Shown piece by piece: positions 30,074 through 39,584 of a stretch of 52,957 bases of DNA. Location of the stretch: the NCBI GenBank assembly GCA_016780625.1, contig JADHLN010000003.1, forward strand, positions 1-52,957, given 5' to 3'. Position 1 is the stretch's first letter; every line of letters starts with the position of its first letter. Source of the DNA: Rickettsiales bacterium (lineage in GTDB: Bacteria; Pseudomonadota; Alphaproteobacteria; Rickettsiales; JABIRX01). The notes beneath the pieces are model-generated. The model was given only the letters and a program-made list of their open reading frames with translations. It was not told the origin of the DNA and did not search any database. Made by a program: the position numbers and the translations under genes.

Positions 30074-31039
30074 TTAAAAAAGAAAATCTGAAACAGAAAC
30101 CTTATAATTTTTATATAAAATATTATAGATCAAAGTTATTAAATCTAACTTAATATTATATTTTACAGATAATTCATATGCAGATTTTGCAGTGGCAACA
30201 CCTTCTGCAACTGTTTTTCGATCTGACATAATTTTTTCAAGACTACTGCCCTTACCCAACTCATATCCTAAAGACATATTTCTAGATTTATTAGAAAGAC
30301 AGGTCAAAACCAAATCGCCAACTGCACAAGGCTCAAGCATAGTTATTTTATTTCCACCTAATTTAACAGATAATTCACCTATTTCATTTAATCCTTTTGT
30401 TAATATAGCTGCTTTAGAACTTTCGCTTAATTCTAATCCAGCCGCAATACCAAGCGCTATAGCAACGACATTTTTAACACTTCCAGATATTTGGGTACTT
30501 ATAATATCATCACATATAACTGTTTTAAAATATTTATTATTCAAAAGATTAGCTACATAATTAGCAATATCATCATCCTTAGATGCAATAGTTGTTATAG
30601 CAGATTTACCAAGGGCAACTTCCTCAGCAAAATTAGGACCACTCATAACTAATATCGGATTATTAAAATATTTTTTAATAATATTGGATAATAACTCATT
30701 ATCCTTATTAACAATTCCTTTTGAACATATAATAATAGGAATATCTGAAGGCATTTGCTTTGATTTAGCGATATTCTTTAAAATATTTTCTGTTAATTGG
30801 CATGGTGTTACTAAAAAAACGGCTCTACTATTTGATAATAATCTAAAATCATTAACTGCATTAATATTAGCATCTAATTTAACATTAGGTAAATATGTTT
30901 TGTTACAGCTAGTTTCATTAATAAAATTAACAACATCTTTTTCAAATGCCCATAAATTAACATTATTTTCATTTCTAGCTAATAAATTGGATATTGCAGT
31001 CCCCCAGGCTCCAGCACCTATAACAAATATATTCACCAT
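30074..31039 (-). CDS. gpsA: NAD(P)H-dependent glycerol-3-phosphate dehydrogenase
   Basis: GAGAWGTA, CSKG, SGPNFA, KNVVAIA and GDLVLTC...SRN. Confidence 0.96.
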   Translation of the reverse strand: MVNIFVIGAGAWGTAISNLLARNENNVNLWAFEKDVVNFINETSCNKTYLPNVKLDANINAVNDFRLLSNSRAVFLVTPCQLTENILKNIAKSKQMPSDIPIIICSKGIVNKDNELLSNIIKKYFNNPILVMSGPNFAEEVALGKSAITTIASKDDDIANYVANLLNNKYFKTVICDDIISTQISGSVKNVVAIALGIAAGLELSESSKAAILTKGLNEIGELSVKLGGNKITMLEPCAVGDLVLTCLSNKSRNMSLGYELGKGSSLEKIMSDRKTVAEGVATAKSAYELSVKYNIKLDLITLIYNILYKNYKVSVSDFLF

Positions 31040-31051
31040 ATTATTTAATAC

Positions 31052-34000
31052 CTATTTTATTATTTCTACAGAAATTTCCTCATTAGCAATTTTAACATTA
31101 CTATCGGAAAACACATTTTCAAAAAATAATTCATCAGTTAATGTTTGTTCAGATATATATGATCTAAATTTTTCTATTACTTCAGAAATTAAATTATTTT
31201 CTGACTTAATCAAGATATTTACTCTATCATTTATATTTAAATCCTTATCTTTTCTTTCTTGTTGTATAATTCTAACTAAATCACGGGCAATACCCTCAAT
31301 AATTAAGTCATCATCAAGATTTACATCAAGACCTACTAAACCATCAAGAGAACTTAATGATTGAAAATTTTCCATCTTAGGTACTAACTTAAGATCAAAT
31401 TCATTTGCCTCAATAATTTCATTAGATACAAATAACTTACCTGATTCAATCTTCCAATTATTCTGTTTTATTTCCTTAGTAACCTCCTTCATTATTGCAC
31501 CCAGCCTAACACCAAGAAGTTTGAAATTTAGATTAACCTTATAATCAGCTAAATCTGATATATTTGACATAAATTCTATTTTTTTAACATTTATTTCATC
31601 ACAAATTAATTTACTAAATTCTGATAATTGAGAATATTTTTCACCAACAATAATCACCTTATTTAACGGCTGGCGTGTTCTAATGTGATTAGCAGATCTT
31701 AAACTATGTGCATTATTACATATATCTCTAACCATATCCATATTATTAACTAGATCTTGATTATCAATAAATTCATCCAAGACTGGATATTTTTCTAAAT
31801 GAACAGAAATATTTTCATTATTTTCTAATATTCTAAAAATATAATCAGAAATATGAGGCAATAATGAAGCTATAGATCTCACAAACACATGTAATACACT
31901 ATATAGAGTATTATAAGCAGTAATCTTGTCATTATCAATTTCACTCTTCCAAAATCTATCTCTATTACGTCTGATATACCAATTATTTAAAATCTCAAAA
32001 AAATCAGTGATTACATTATATGCAGAGGCAAGATCATAATTATCTAGGAAATTAGAAATTGATATTATTGATGATTTTAATTTACTTAATATATATTGGT
32101 CAATTACATTTTCTGATGTGAAATCAAGCTTAGCTTTTATACCATCAGAGTTAGCATAAAGAACAAAAAAATTAAAGCTATTCCAAATCGGTTTTATATA
32201 TAATCGTAAGCTATCTCTAAAAACATGACCATCCTTATCAATATTTAATTCACTACCCTTCATAACGGGACTAGAACAAATAGAAAAACGCATGGCATCT
32301 GAGCCATAATTATCAAAAATCTCAAGAGGAGATTTATAATTCTTCAGCCTCTTAGATAATTTCTGAGATTTCTCATCAAGAATTACTCCATGACAAATAC
32401 AATTCTTAAATGGTGGCCTATCAAATAATGCTGTTGATAAAACCATTAATGTATAAAACCAACCTCTAGTTTGAGCAACATATTCTACTATAAAATCAGC
32501 AGGAAAATTATTAATAAATTTATCCTTATTTTCAAAAGGATAATGCTGTTGAGCAAAAGGCATAGACCCAGACTCAAACCAACAATCTAAAACATCTGTA
32601 ACTCTAACCATCTTTGATCTACCAGTTGGATCATCTGGATTAACTCTAGTTAATTTATCGATAAAAGGTCTATGTAAATTATCTATTTTAACTCCAAAAT
32701 CCTTTTCCAATTCAGCAATAGAACCATAAACATCTATACGAGGATATTTAGGATCTGTTGATTTCCATACAGGTACTGGACAACCCCAAAATCTATTACG
32801 TGATATAGACCAGTCTCTAGCACCTTCAAGCCACTTACCAAACAAGCCTTCCTTAACATGATCTGGAATCCAGTTAATTTCCTTATTAAGCTCTATCATT
32901 CTAGACTTAAACTTTGTAACACTTACATACCATGATGACATAGCCTTATAGATAAGAGGCTCATCACTTCTCCAACAATGAGGGTAATTATGAATATATT
33001 GCTCAGTTTTAATCCAATTACCAGATTCTTTTAATTTTTTAATAATTGGAATATTAGCATCAAATACATGTAATCCTATAAAATCATCAATTGGGTATGT
33101 AAATTTTCCAGCTTCATCAACAGGACATATTGTAATAATATTATTTTCTCTACACAATAATTGATCATCTTCACCAAAAGCTGGAGCAACGTGAACTACT
33201 CCAGTACCATCAGAAATATTTACAAAATCCGCATGATAAATTTTATAGCAATTATCCAAATTTTCCTTAGAATTTCTTGTAAAATAATCAAAGATTGGTT
33301 CATATTCTAAGCCTACTAAATCCTTACCAGAAACTTCTTTAACAATATTAATATTATTATCTAGAGATAGATAATCGCGATATTTATCAATTAAAGAGCT
33401 AGCAATTAACAATTGTTCATTATCATGATCAATTAACGAATATTTAATATCATTATTTACAGCTAAAGCCAAATTAGAAGGTAAAGTCCAAGGTGTAGTA
33501 GTCCAAACTAATATCGATAAATTATTAGAAGAAAAACTATTTTTATAATTTTTTAATCTGAATTTAACAGTTATAGCTTTGCTTTCTTTCTCTCTGTAAG
33601 AATTATCAAGCCTTGTTTCAAAATTTGATAATGGCGTTTGACAAGCCCATGAATATGGCATTACTCTTAAATCCTCATATAAATAACCTTTTTTATATAA
33701 TTCCTTAAAAGCCCATATAACTGACTCCATATAGTCAAGATCCATGGTTTTATAACCATTATCAAAATCAACCCATCTACCCTGTCTATCAACATAATCT
33801 TTCCACTCATGTTGATATTTCATTACTGAACTACTACAAGCATCATTAAATTTAGCAATTCCAAATTCTTCTATGGCAACCCTACCCGATACACCTAACT
33901 CCTTTTCTGTTTCCATTTCAACTGGTAAACCATGAGTATCCCAACCAAATCTTCTCTCTGTTTTATTACCTAATTGAGTTTGATATCTAGCAAAAATATC

Positions 34001-34216
34001 TTTTACAAAACCTGTCAATAAGTGACCATAATGCGGCAAACCATTTGCAAATGGAGGACCATCATAAAAAACAAAATTGTTTTTACTACCTTTAAATTGA
34101 TCTATAGATGCTTGAAATATATTATTTCTACGCCAAAAATCTTGAACCTCTAATTCTAAAGAGGAAAAATTTGGATTTGCATCTATTTTATTATAATATT
34201 CTCTTTTGGAAGACAT
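31052..34216 (-). CDS. ileS: Isoleucine--tRNA ligase, type 2 (archaeal/eukaryote-like)
   Basis: DGPPFANGLPHYGH, WTTTPWTLPSN, DWSISRNRFWG, KLSKR and NWYIRRNR; long C-terminus with no zinc finger; 1054 aa. Confidence 0.97.
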   Translation of the reverse strand: MSSKREYYNKIDANPNFSSLELEVQDFWRRNNIFQASIDQFKGSKNNFVFYDGPPFANGLPHYGHLLTGFVKDIFARYQTQLGNKTERRFGWDTHGLPVEMETEKELGVSGRVAIEEFGIAKFNDACSSSVMKYQHEWKDYVDRQGRWVDFDNGYKTMDLDYMESVIWAFKELYKKGYLYEDLRVMPYSWACQTPLSNFETRLDNSYREKESKAITVKFRLKNYKNSFSSNNLSILVWTTTPWTLPSNLALAVNNDIKYSLIDHDNEQLLIASSLIDKYRDYLSLDNNINIVKEVSGKDLVGLEYEPIFDYFTRNSKENLDNCYKIYHADFVNISDGTGVVHVAPAFGEDDQLLCRENNIITICPVDEAGKFTYPIDDFIGLHVFDANIPIIKKLKESGNWIKTEQYIHNYPHCWRSDEPLIYKAMSSWYVSVTKFKSRMIELNKEINWIPDHVKEGLFGKWLEGARDWSISRNRFWGCPVPVWKSTDPKYPRIDVYGSIAELEKDFGVKIDNLHRPFIDKLTRVNPDDPTGRSKMVRVTDVLDCWFESGSMPFAQQHYPFENKDKFINNFPADFIVEYVAQTRGWFYTLMVLSTALFDRPPFKNCICHGVILDEKSQKLSKRLKNYKSPLEIFDNYGSDAMRFSICSSPVMKGSELNIDKDGHVFRDSLRLYIKPIWNSFNFFVLYANSDGIKAKLDFTSENVIDQYILSKLKSSIISISNFLDNYDLASAYNVITDFFEILNNWYIRRNRDRFWKSEIDNDKITAYNTLYSVLHVFVRSIASLLPHISDYIFRILENNENISVHLEKYPVLDEFIDNQDLVNNMDMVRDICNNAHSLRSANHIRTRQPLNKVIIVGEKYSQLSEFSKLICDEINVKKIEFMSNISDLADYKVNLNFKLLGVRLGAIMKEVTKEIKQNNWKIESGKLFVSNEIIEANEFDLKLVPKMENFQSLSSLDGLVGLDVNLDDDLIIEGIARDLVRIIQQERKDKDLNINDRVNILIKSENNLISEVIEKFRSYISEQTLTDELFFENVFSDSNVKIANEEISVEIIK

Positions 34217-34227
34217 TAAGAAAAAAC

Positions 34228-35340
34228 CTACTTATTAAAAATTTTATTATTGATAAAAATTAAATATAAAGAATAAGAAAATATAAGCATAATATAAGCA
34301 TATAAAAGAATTACAAGATCATTTCTAGACAAAAAATATTCCCTAAAAACAAAATATAAAATAATTAAGCAAAAAGATGATATAAAATAGGCAATATTAT
34401 TAAAAGAACTACTCACTCTCTGAAAAGAGGAATTAATAAACATAGCTGCAATTAAAACAGATATAACAAAAAAAACTAATGGCCATAAAAATCTATGATG
34501 AAACTCCTTTTTTAAATCTCTAATAGCAATATGTTGATTATTCTTTTTATCAAAAAACTCCCATATATAAAGGGCTGAAATCTTTTTATTATATTTAATA
34601 AATTTCTGATTCTCAGTAAAGAAATCTAGGTCAGTTATATATTTATCAAATTTAACATTTTCAAACCTATTATTATTATAATCAGCAACAATACGTCTAC
34701 CATTATTTAAACCTAACAATAAAACATCACCTTTCCTAATAATTTTAGTCTTATCTGCTAAAATATAATTATATTTATCATTTCCTAAATCTTCTATAGC
34801 AATCAAATTATCATATACCGAATCCTTATCCTTTTGATCAACAAATACTACAATATTACTATCCAAACTATTGAATTTGCCACTATTTAAAGCCCCGCTA
34901 ATAAGCACAGATGCAACATCTCTCTTCATTATTTCAATTTTATTATATGAAAAAGGAACAATAAGAAAGCTTAAAATAAAATGAACAAATAATAAAATTA
35001 GAAAGCAATATAATAACGGTTTAAGAATATAAAAATTATTCAGCCCAGAAACCTTAAATATATAAATCTCTCTTTTTTGAATTAAATTATTAAATGTAAA
35101 AATAAGAGCAATAACAGCAATAAATGGAAAAAGAAAATCAATTAATGTAGGCACAAGAAGTAATGAAAGCAGAGAAAAATCCAAAACTTTCATATTATTT
35201 ACAGTTAAATAATCAATATATTTTACTATTCTTGTTAACCAAATAATTCCAACTAATATAAATAAAGTTGTAAAAAAATATTTAAAATATTTATTGATTA
35301 AAAATATTGAAATTAAATTAAATCTTTTAGCAAAATTCAT
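34228..35340 (-). CDS. lptF: LPS export ABC transporter permease (LptF/LptG family)
   Basis: 3+3 TM arrangement with a periplasmic domain; REIYIFKVSGL and EFHHRFLWP patterns. Confidence 0.75.
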   Translation of the reverse strand: MNFAKRFNLISIFLINKYFKYFFTTLFILVGIIWLTRIVKYIDYLTVNNMKVLDFSLLSLLLVPTLIDFLFPFIAVIALIFTFNNLIQKREIYIFKVSGLNNFYILKPLLYCFLILLFVHFILSFLIVPFSYNKIEIMKRDVASVLISGALNSGKFNSLDSNIVVFVDQKDKDSVYDNLIAIEDLGNDKYNYILADKTKIIRKGDVLLLGLNNGRRIVADYNNNRFENVKFDKYITDLDFFTENQKFIKYNKKISALYIWEFFDKKNNQHIAIRDLKKEFHHRFLWPLVFFVISVLIAAMFINSSFQRVSSSFNNIAYFISSFCLIILYFVFREYFLSRNDLVILLYAYIMLIFSYSLYLIFINNKIFNK

Positions 35341-36182
35341 AAAGCAATATTATCAATTAACCTAATATTTCTAATATATGCAGCAGCAAATATTCGAGAA
35401 TTATTATAATTTTGAGTTTTAACCTCTTTAAGATCATTATCTAATATAGTTAAATAATCAACCTTCGAAAAACCTGATTCTAATAAAAATTTTCTAGTCT
35501 CAATTAATAATTGTGAAATATCTTTAACATTCCTAACTAAATTCTTAATTTTAATTAACTGAGCAAATAAGATAGGCGCAATATTTAATCTCTCATTACT
35601 AGTTAACAAATTATTCCTTGAAGATAGAGCAAGACCAGTATCTTCTCTTACAGTATCAACTCCTATTACATCAATATTAAAATTAAGAAAATCTACCAAC
35701 TTATTCACAAGAATAAATTGTTGATAATCTTTTAAACCAAAATAAACCTTATTAGGAGTAATGATATTAAATAGCTTAGTTAAAATCAAAGCAACACCAT
35801 CAAAATGACCAGGTCTATCACTAGCGCAGAGAATATGATCCATAGCTGGGATTGATAGAGAGCAAGAAAAATTCTCTGGATATATGTCATTATTTTTTGG
35901 ATAAAAAACATGAGAAACATTACATTTTTTCAAAAGATTAATATCTGAATCAAGAGTTTTAGGATAGTTTAAATAATCATTTTTATCATTAAATTGCTTC
36001 TTATTTATAAATATTGAAACAATAACCTCATCACATTCTAGCCTCGCTTTATTAATTAAACTCAAATGACCTTCATGCAAATTTCCCATCGTAGGAACAA
36101 AGCCAATAATTTTACCAAATTCATTATATTGCTTTATTTTATTACTAATAAGTTTAAGATCATCTATAAAAATTTCATTCAT
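35337..36182 (-). CDS. panC: Pantoate--beta-alanine ligase
   Basis: FVPTMGNLHEGH, RPGHFDGV, FGLKDYQQ, GLALSSRN and RLIDN. Confidence 0.97.
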   Translation of the reverse strand: MNEIFIDDLKLISNKIKQYNEFGKIIGFVPTMGNLHEGHLSLINKARLECDEVIVSIFINKKQFNDKNDYLNYPKTLDSDINLLKKCNVSHVFYPKNNDIYPENFSCSLSIPAMDHILCASDRPGHFDGVALILTKLFNIITPNKVYFGLKDYQQFILVNKLVDFLNFNIDVIGVDTVREDTGLALSSRNNLLTSNERLNIAPILFAQLIKIKNLVRNVKDISQLLIETRKFLLESGFSKVDYLTILDNDLKEVKTQNYNNSRIFAAAYIRNIRLIDNIAL

Positions 36183-36191
36183 AAAACTAAA

Positions 36192-37256
36192 GTGAGCATT
36201 AATTTAATCACACAATATAATGAACTAATAAAAACAAAAGCTATTTCAGCTAATAAACATCAATTAGATTTAATAAAAGATCTAAACAAACTAAAAACAT
36301 CAATTGAACAAAATCAAAAAAGAATAATCAAACAAAAAATAAAATATAAATCATATTTTATATATGGTGAAGTAGGCAGAGGAAAATCCTTAGTAATGGA
36401 TTTGTTTTTTCAATCGATAAAAATAAAAAAAAAGAGATTACATTTTCATAATTTCATGCATGAAATTCATAATCAACTTTACCTTATCAAAGATGAAAAA
36501 AATAAAAACCCTATAAAAAAAATCACAAAAAAATATAAAAAAATATATCAATTAATATGTCTTGACGAATTTCATGTTACTGACATAGCTGATGCAATGA
36601 TCTTAGAACGGATATTTAGAAACTTTATAAAAGCAAAAATAATTATAATAACAACTTCTAACAGACACCCTAGTGAATTATATAAAGGTGGTTTACAAAG
36701 AGAAAAATATCTAGAATTCGTAAATTATCTGGAAAATAATAGCAAAATTTTGGAATTAAAAGGTGAATCGGATTACAGATTGCAACAAATTCAAAAATTA
36801 GAAAATCACTATTTCTACCCAATAAATAAAAATAACAAAGCTAAATTTTACGATATATTTGCAAATCTTACTTCTCACGCAAAAACAGAAGAGGTAAATC
36901 TCGAAAACAAAAAAAGACTCCTAAAAATAAAAAAATCATCCGGAACTGTAGCATTAATAGATTTTATCGAATATTGCACAGGAAATTATTCAGCTTACGA
37001 CTATAACCTAATTGCTTCAAAATATAATACAATATTTCTAGAAAATATAGAACAAATAAAAGATAGAAATATAGCAAAAAGATTTATGAATATGATAGAT
37101 ATTTTCTATGAACATAGAAATAAAGTAATATTTCTAGCTCATATAAATTACAAAGAGATTTACAAAGGAAAATATCATCAATTTGAATTTAAAAGAACGT
37201 TATCAAGAATATTTGAAATGCAACAAATCGAATATTTATCAAAAAGATCTATTTAG
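36192..37256 (+). CDS. zapE: AFG1/ZapE-family ATPase
   Basis: YGEVGRGKS, RLHFHNFM, DEFHVTDIADAM, TTSNRHP and RTLSRIFEM. Start placed at the in-frame GTG at 36192 because the ORF-track start (36066) overlaps panC. Confidence 0.92.
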   Translation: MSINLITQYNELIKTKAISANKHQLDLIKDLNKLKTSIEQNQKRIIKQKIKYKSYFIYGEVGRGKSLVMDLFFQSIKIKKKRLHFHNFMHEIHNQLYLIKDEKNKNPIKKITKKYKKIYQLICLDEFHVTDIADAMILERIFRNFIKAKIIIITTSNRHPSELYKGGLQREKYLEFVNYLENNSKILELKGESDYRLQQIQKLENHYFYPINKNNKAKFYDIFANLTSHAKTEEVNLENKKRLLKIKKSSGTVALIDFIEYCTGNYSAYDYNLIASKYNTIFLENIEQIKDRNIAKRFMNMIDIFYEHRNKVIFLAHINYKEIYKGKYHQFEFKRTLSRIFEMQQIEYLSKRSI

Positions 37257-37771
37257 CTCTTATCTACAAAAGCTTGAATTAAATTATCTAGCTCTGATTG
37301 CTTACAAATACCAAGCAGAACAGGATCTTTGGGCTGAATCTGAGATATGTTAGCATGGGATCTAGATCTAATAGATTCAATAGTTTTCTTTGTAGTACCA
37401 ATTAGCTTAACTATCTTACTATCAGGAAGATCAGGGTAATTTTTAACTAACCAAGCAATAGCATCTGGTTTATCTCTACGTTTCGCAATCGGTATATATT
37501 TTACCTTTTGTTTATTTTTGAAATTTCCTACTAAGTTAATTAACTCTAATTTAACAGAAGAATCTTTTTCAGCTTTTTTAATATTCTCTTCAGATAATTG
37601 CCCAAGAATTATTGGATTCTGTCCTTCAAGATTAGTTGCCAATTCTCCATCAGCAATACTTTGTATCTCCATTTCATGCATGTTACAGAACTCTGCTATT
37701 TGAACAAAATTAAGAGTGGTATTATCTATTAACCAGATAGCAGTAGCTAAAGGCATTAAAGGTTCTGACAT
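37253..37771 (-). CDS. trcR: DUF1013 protein / cell-cycle transcriptional regulator TrcR
   Basis: PLMPLATAIWLIDNT, KRRDKPDAIAWL, KLIGTTK and PKDPVLLG, typical of alphaproteobacterial DUF1013. Confidence 0.9.
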   Translation of the reverse strand: MSEPLMPLATAIWLIDNTTLNFVQIAEFCNMHEMEIQSIADGELATNLEGQNPIILGQLSEENIKKAEKDSSVKLELINLVGNFKNKQKVKYIPIAKRRDKPDAIAWLVKNYPDLPDSKIVKLIGTTKKTIESIRSRSHANISQIQPKDPVLLGICKQSELDNLIQAFVDKS

Positions 37772-37799
37772 TTCAAATAAAAAAAATTAATTAGCAATT

Positions 37800-37841
37800 A
37801 TTTTAAATGTATGTAGCAAATTGTCAATTTATTGTTATAAT
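37800..37841. promoter_or_regulatory. Overlapping divergent sigma70-like promoters (trcR / modA-like gene)
   Basis: Minus strand: TTGACA (37822-37827)-N16-TAAAAT (37800-37805). Plus strand: extended -10 TGtTATAAT (37833-37841). Confidence 0.45.
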
Positions 37842-37864
37842 ATTATTAATAGACAGAAATTAAA

Positions 37865-38638
37865 ATGCTTAATAAATTAATATTAATATTAATATTACTT
37901 TTTTCTTCTAAAACTCTCTTAGCAGAAAAAAAACAACATCTAACAATATTAGCTCCACAAAATATGTCATTTGCATTAAATGAAATAATGCAAACTTACG
38001 CTACTAGCAATAATATATCACTAAGTGGGTCATTTTCAAACACGCAAAATAATATTAACAAAATAATTGAAGGAGAATCAGCAGATATAATTATAACAGA
38101 TCATCCAGAATGGATTAAATATCTAAAACAAAAAGGTGTAATTAACGTAACATCAATTACAAATCTAGTTGAAGATAAATTAGTTTTAGTTGCCAATAAT
38201 AATTTTTATCAAAATAATAAATCAAAAATTGCAGAACTTGATAATTTAAATGACAAATTAAATTTTTACAAAAATCTCACAATATTTATACCTAATTGGA
38301 GCGTAGATATGACAGGTTTATATATTCATGAAGCAATAAAAAAAATCCCTTACATATATAATGAGAGCAATAATATTATTGAAACAATTTACTTAAAAAA
38401 AGAAATAACAGAAATAAATGATGCATTAGCAGTAATAAAATACAGTAACGCCTTTGATAGCAGCAAATTTACCATAATTGAAACCATAAATAAGGAGCTT
38501 CACCCTCAATTTATTTACCAAATATCAATAATAGCAGGATCTAATCAAGATAACTCAAATAAATTCATAAATTATCTTAAATCCAGAAAATCCATAGCAA
38601 TTTTTAAAAAATATGGCTTTGAAACAGATTACAAATGA
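37865..38638 (+). CDS. ModA-like periplasmic substrate-binding protein (divergent)
   Basis: Signal peptide; IIEGESADIIIT, LVLVA, HPQFIYQ and C-terminal FINYLKS...IFKKYGF are typical of ModA/PBP2-fold proteins. Confidence 0.7.
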   Translation: MLNKLILILILLFSSKTLLAEKKQHLTILAPQNMSFALNEIMQTYATSNNISLSGSFSNTQNNINKIIEGESADIIITDHPEWIKYLKQKGVINVTSITNLVEDKLVLVANNNFYQNNKSKIAELDNLNDKLNFYKNLTIFIPNWSVDMTGLYIHEAIKKIPYIYNESNNIIETIYLKKEITEINDALAVIKYSNAFDSSKFTIIETINKELHPQFIYQISIIAGSNQDNSNKFINYLKSRKSIAIFKKYGFETDYK

Positions 38639-39087
38639 TTGAATATCTTAACATTACTAATATTATTGCCTTAATTATACTAGCATTAGCAACTCTAATA
38701 TTAATCAGAATATTAAGATTCATATATAATTTTATTAGATATATATATCTTTGCCTTAAATATAACAAAAAATATGACAAAGAAACTCAGAACCTTCTCA
38801 AACAAAGTAACAAAACTACTAATGAAATAAAAGAAAAAAACCTTGAAAAGGAAAGAGAGTTAATTGCAGCAAATAAAATACTCAATAATAATATTGAACA
38901 AGTAAATGAAAAAGAAATAGTAGGAATAGCTGAACCAGTTGGCATGTGGACAAGATTCGTGACCGAACAAAAAATTTCCTGGTTAAAAGCTATGATTGGA
39001 ACAAAAACCGACAGCAGAAACTTTTGGCAAGAAATGATAAAAGCTCAACAAAGAGCACAAGGAAAACACAAAGGAAAAATGAGATAA
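38635..39087 (+). CDS. Hypothetical membrane-anchored protein
   Basis: N-terminal TM and coiled coil; IVGIAEPVGMWT...FWQEMI C-terminal block resembles, from recollection only, a conserved Rickettsiales hypothetical protein. Confidence 0.7.
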   Translation: MIEYLNITNIIALIILALATLILIRILRFIYNFIRYIYLCLKYNKKYDKETQNLLKQSNKTTNEIKEKNLEKERELIAANKILNNNIEQVNEKEIVGIAEPVGMWTRFVTEQKISWLKAMIGTKTDSRNFWQEMIKAQQRAQGKHKGKMR

Positions 39088-39092
39088 AATCA

Positions 39093-39584
39093 TTAATCAG
39101 ATAATGTGATCACAATCTCATCTAAAATACTCTCAGTAATAAATGCTGATAACTCCTTTCTAAATGATTCCTTAGCAATTTCGCCAGAATAATATCCTGA
39201 ATTAATATTATAATTCACCCTATCCGAAAAATTTTTATTGAAAATAATTTTACAATCATCCTTTTTATCGCAATCAGATTCATAGAATTTTGCATTTAAA
39301 CTAAGTGAATAAATATATTCTGAGGCCTCTCCATTTCGATTCATTACTGTAATATTATAGGAATCCGATAAATTTGATAATTCTAATATATAATTATAAT
39401 TATCTGCTGGATGAGAAATACTTACAATTTCCTTAATATTTCTATAAGTAATTTTATTTAAAGCACTTATATTTTTACTATTAAAAACAACCTTTACCCT
39501 TACCTTATCATCATCAAATAAAGAGCTATTATGGAGAGGCTTTAAGTTACAACCAAATAAGAACAACAAAATTAATAATCTCAT
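39093..39584 (-). CDS. lptE: LptE-like LPS-assembly lipoprotein
   Basis: Lipobox LFGC followed by NLKPLH (compare the GFxPLY consensus); directly downstream of leuS, matching conserved synteny. Confidence 0.65.
   Translation of the reverse strand: MRLLILLFLFGCNLKPLHNSSLFDDDKVRVKVVFNSKNISALNKITYRNIKEIVSISHPADNYNYILELSNLSDSYNITVMNRNGEASEYIYSLSLNAKFYESDCDKKDDCKIIFNKNFSDRVNYNINSGYYSGEIAKESFRKELSAFITESILDEIVITLSD

Noticed and set aside
30684-31364. 226-aa plus-strand ORF
   Set aside because: It is an antisense shadow of gpsA/ileS with no motif.
36066-36191. N-terminal extension of ZapE in the ORF track
   Set aside because: It overlaps panC on the opposite strand; ZapE similarity starts near the GTG at 36192.
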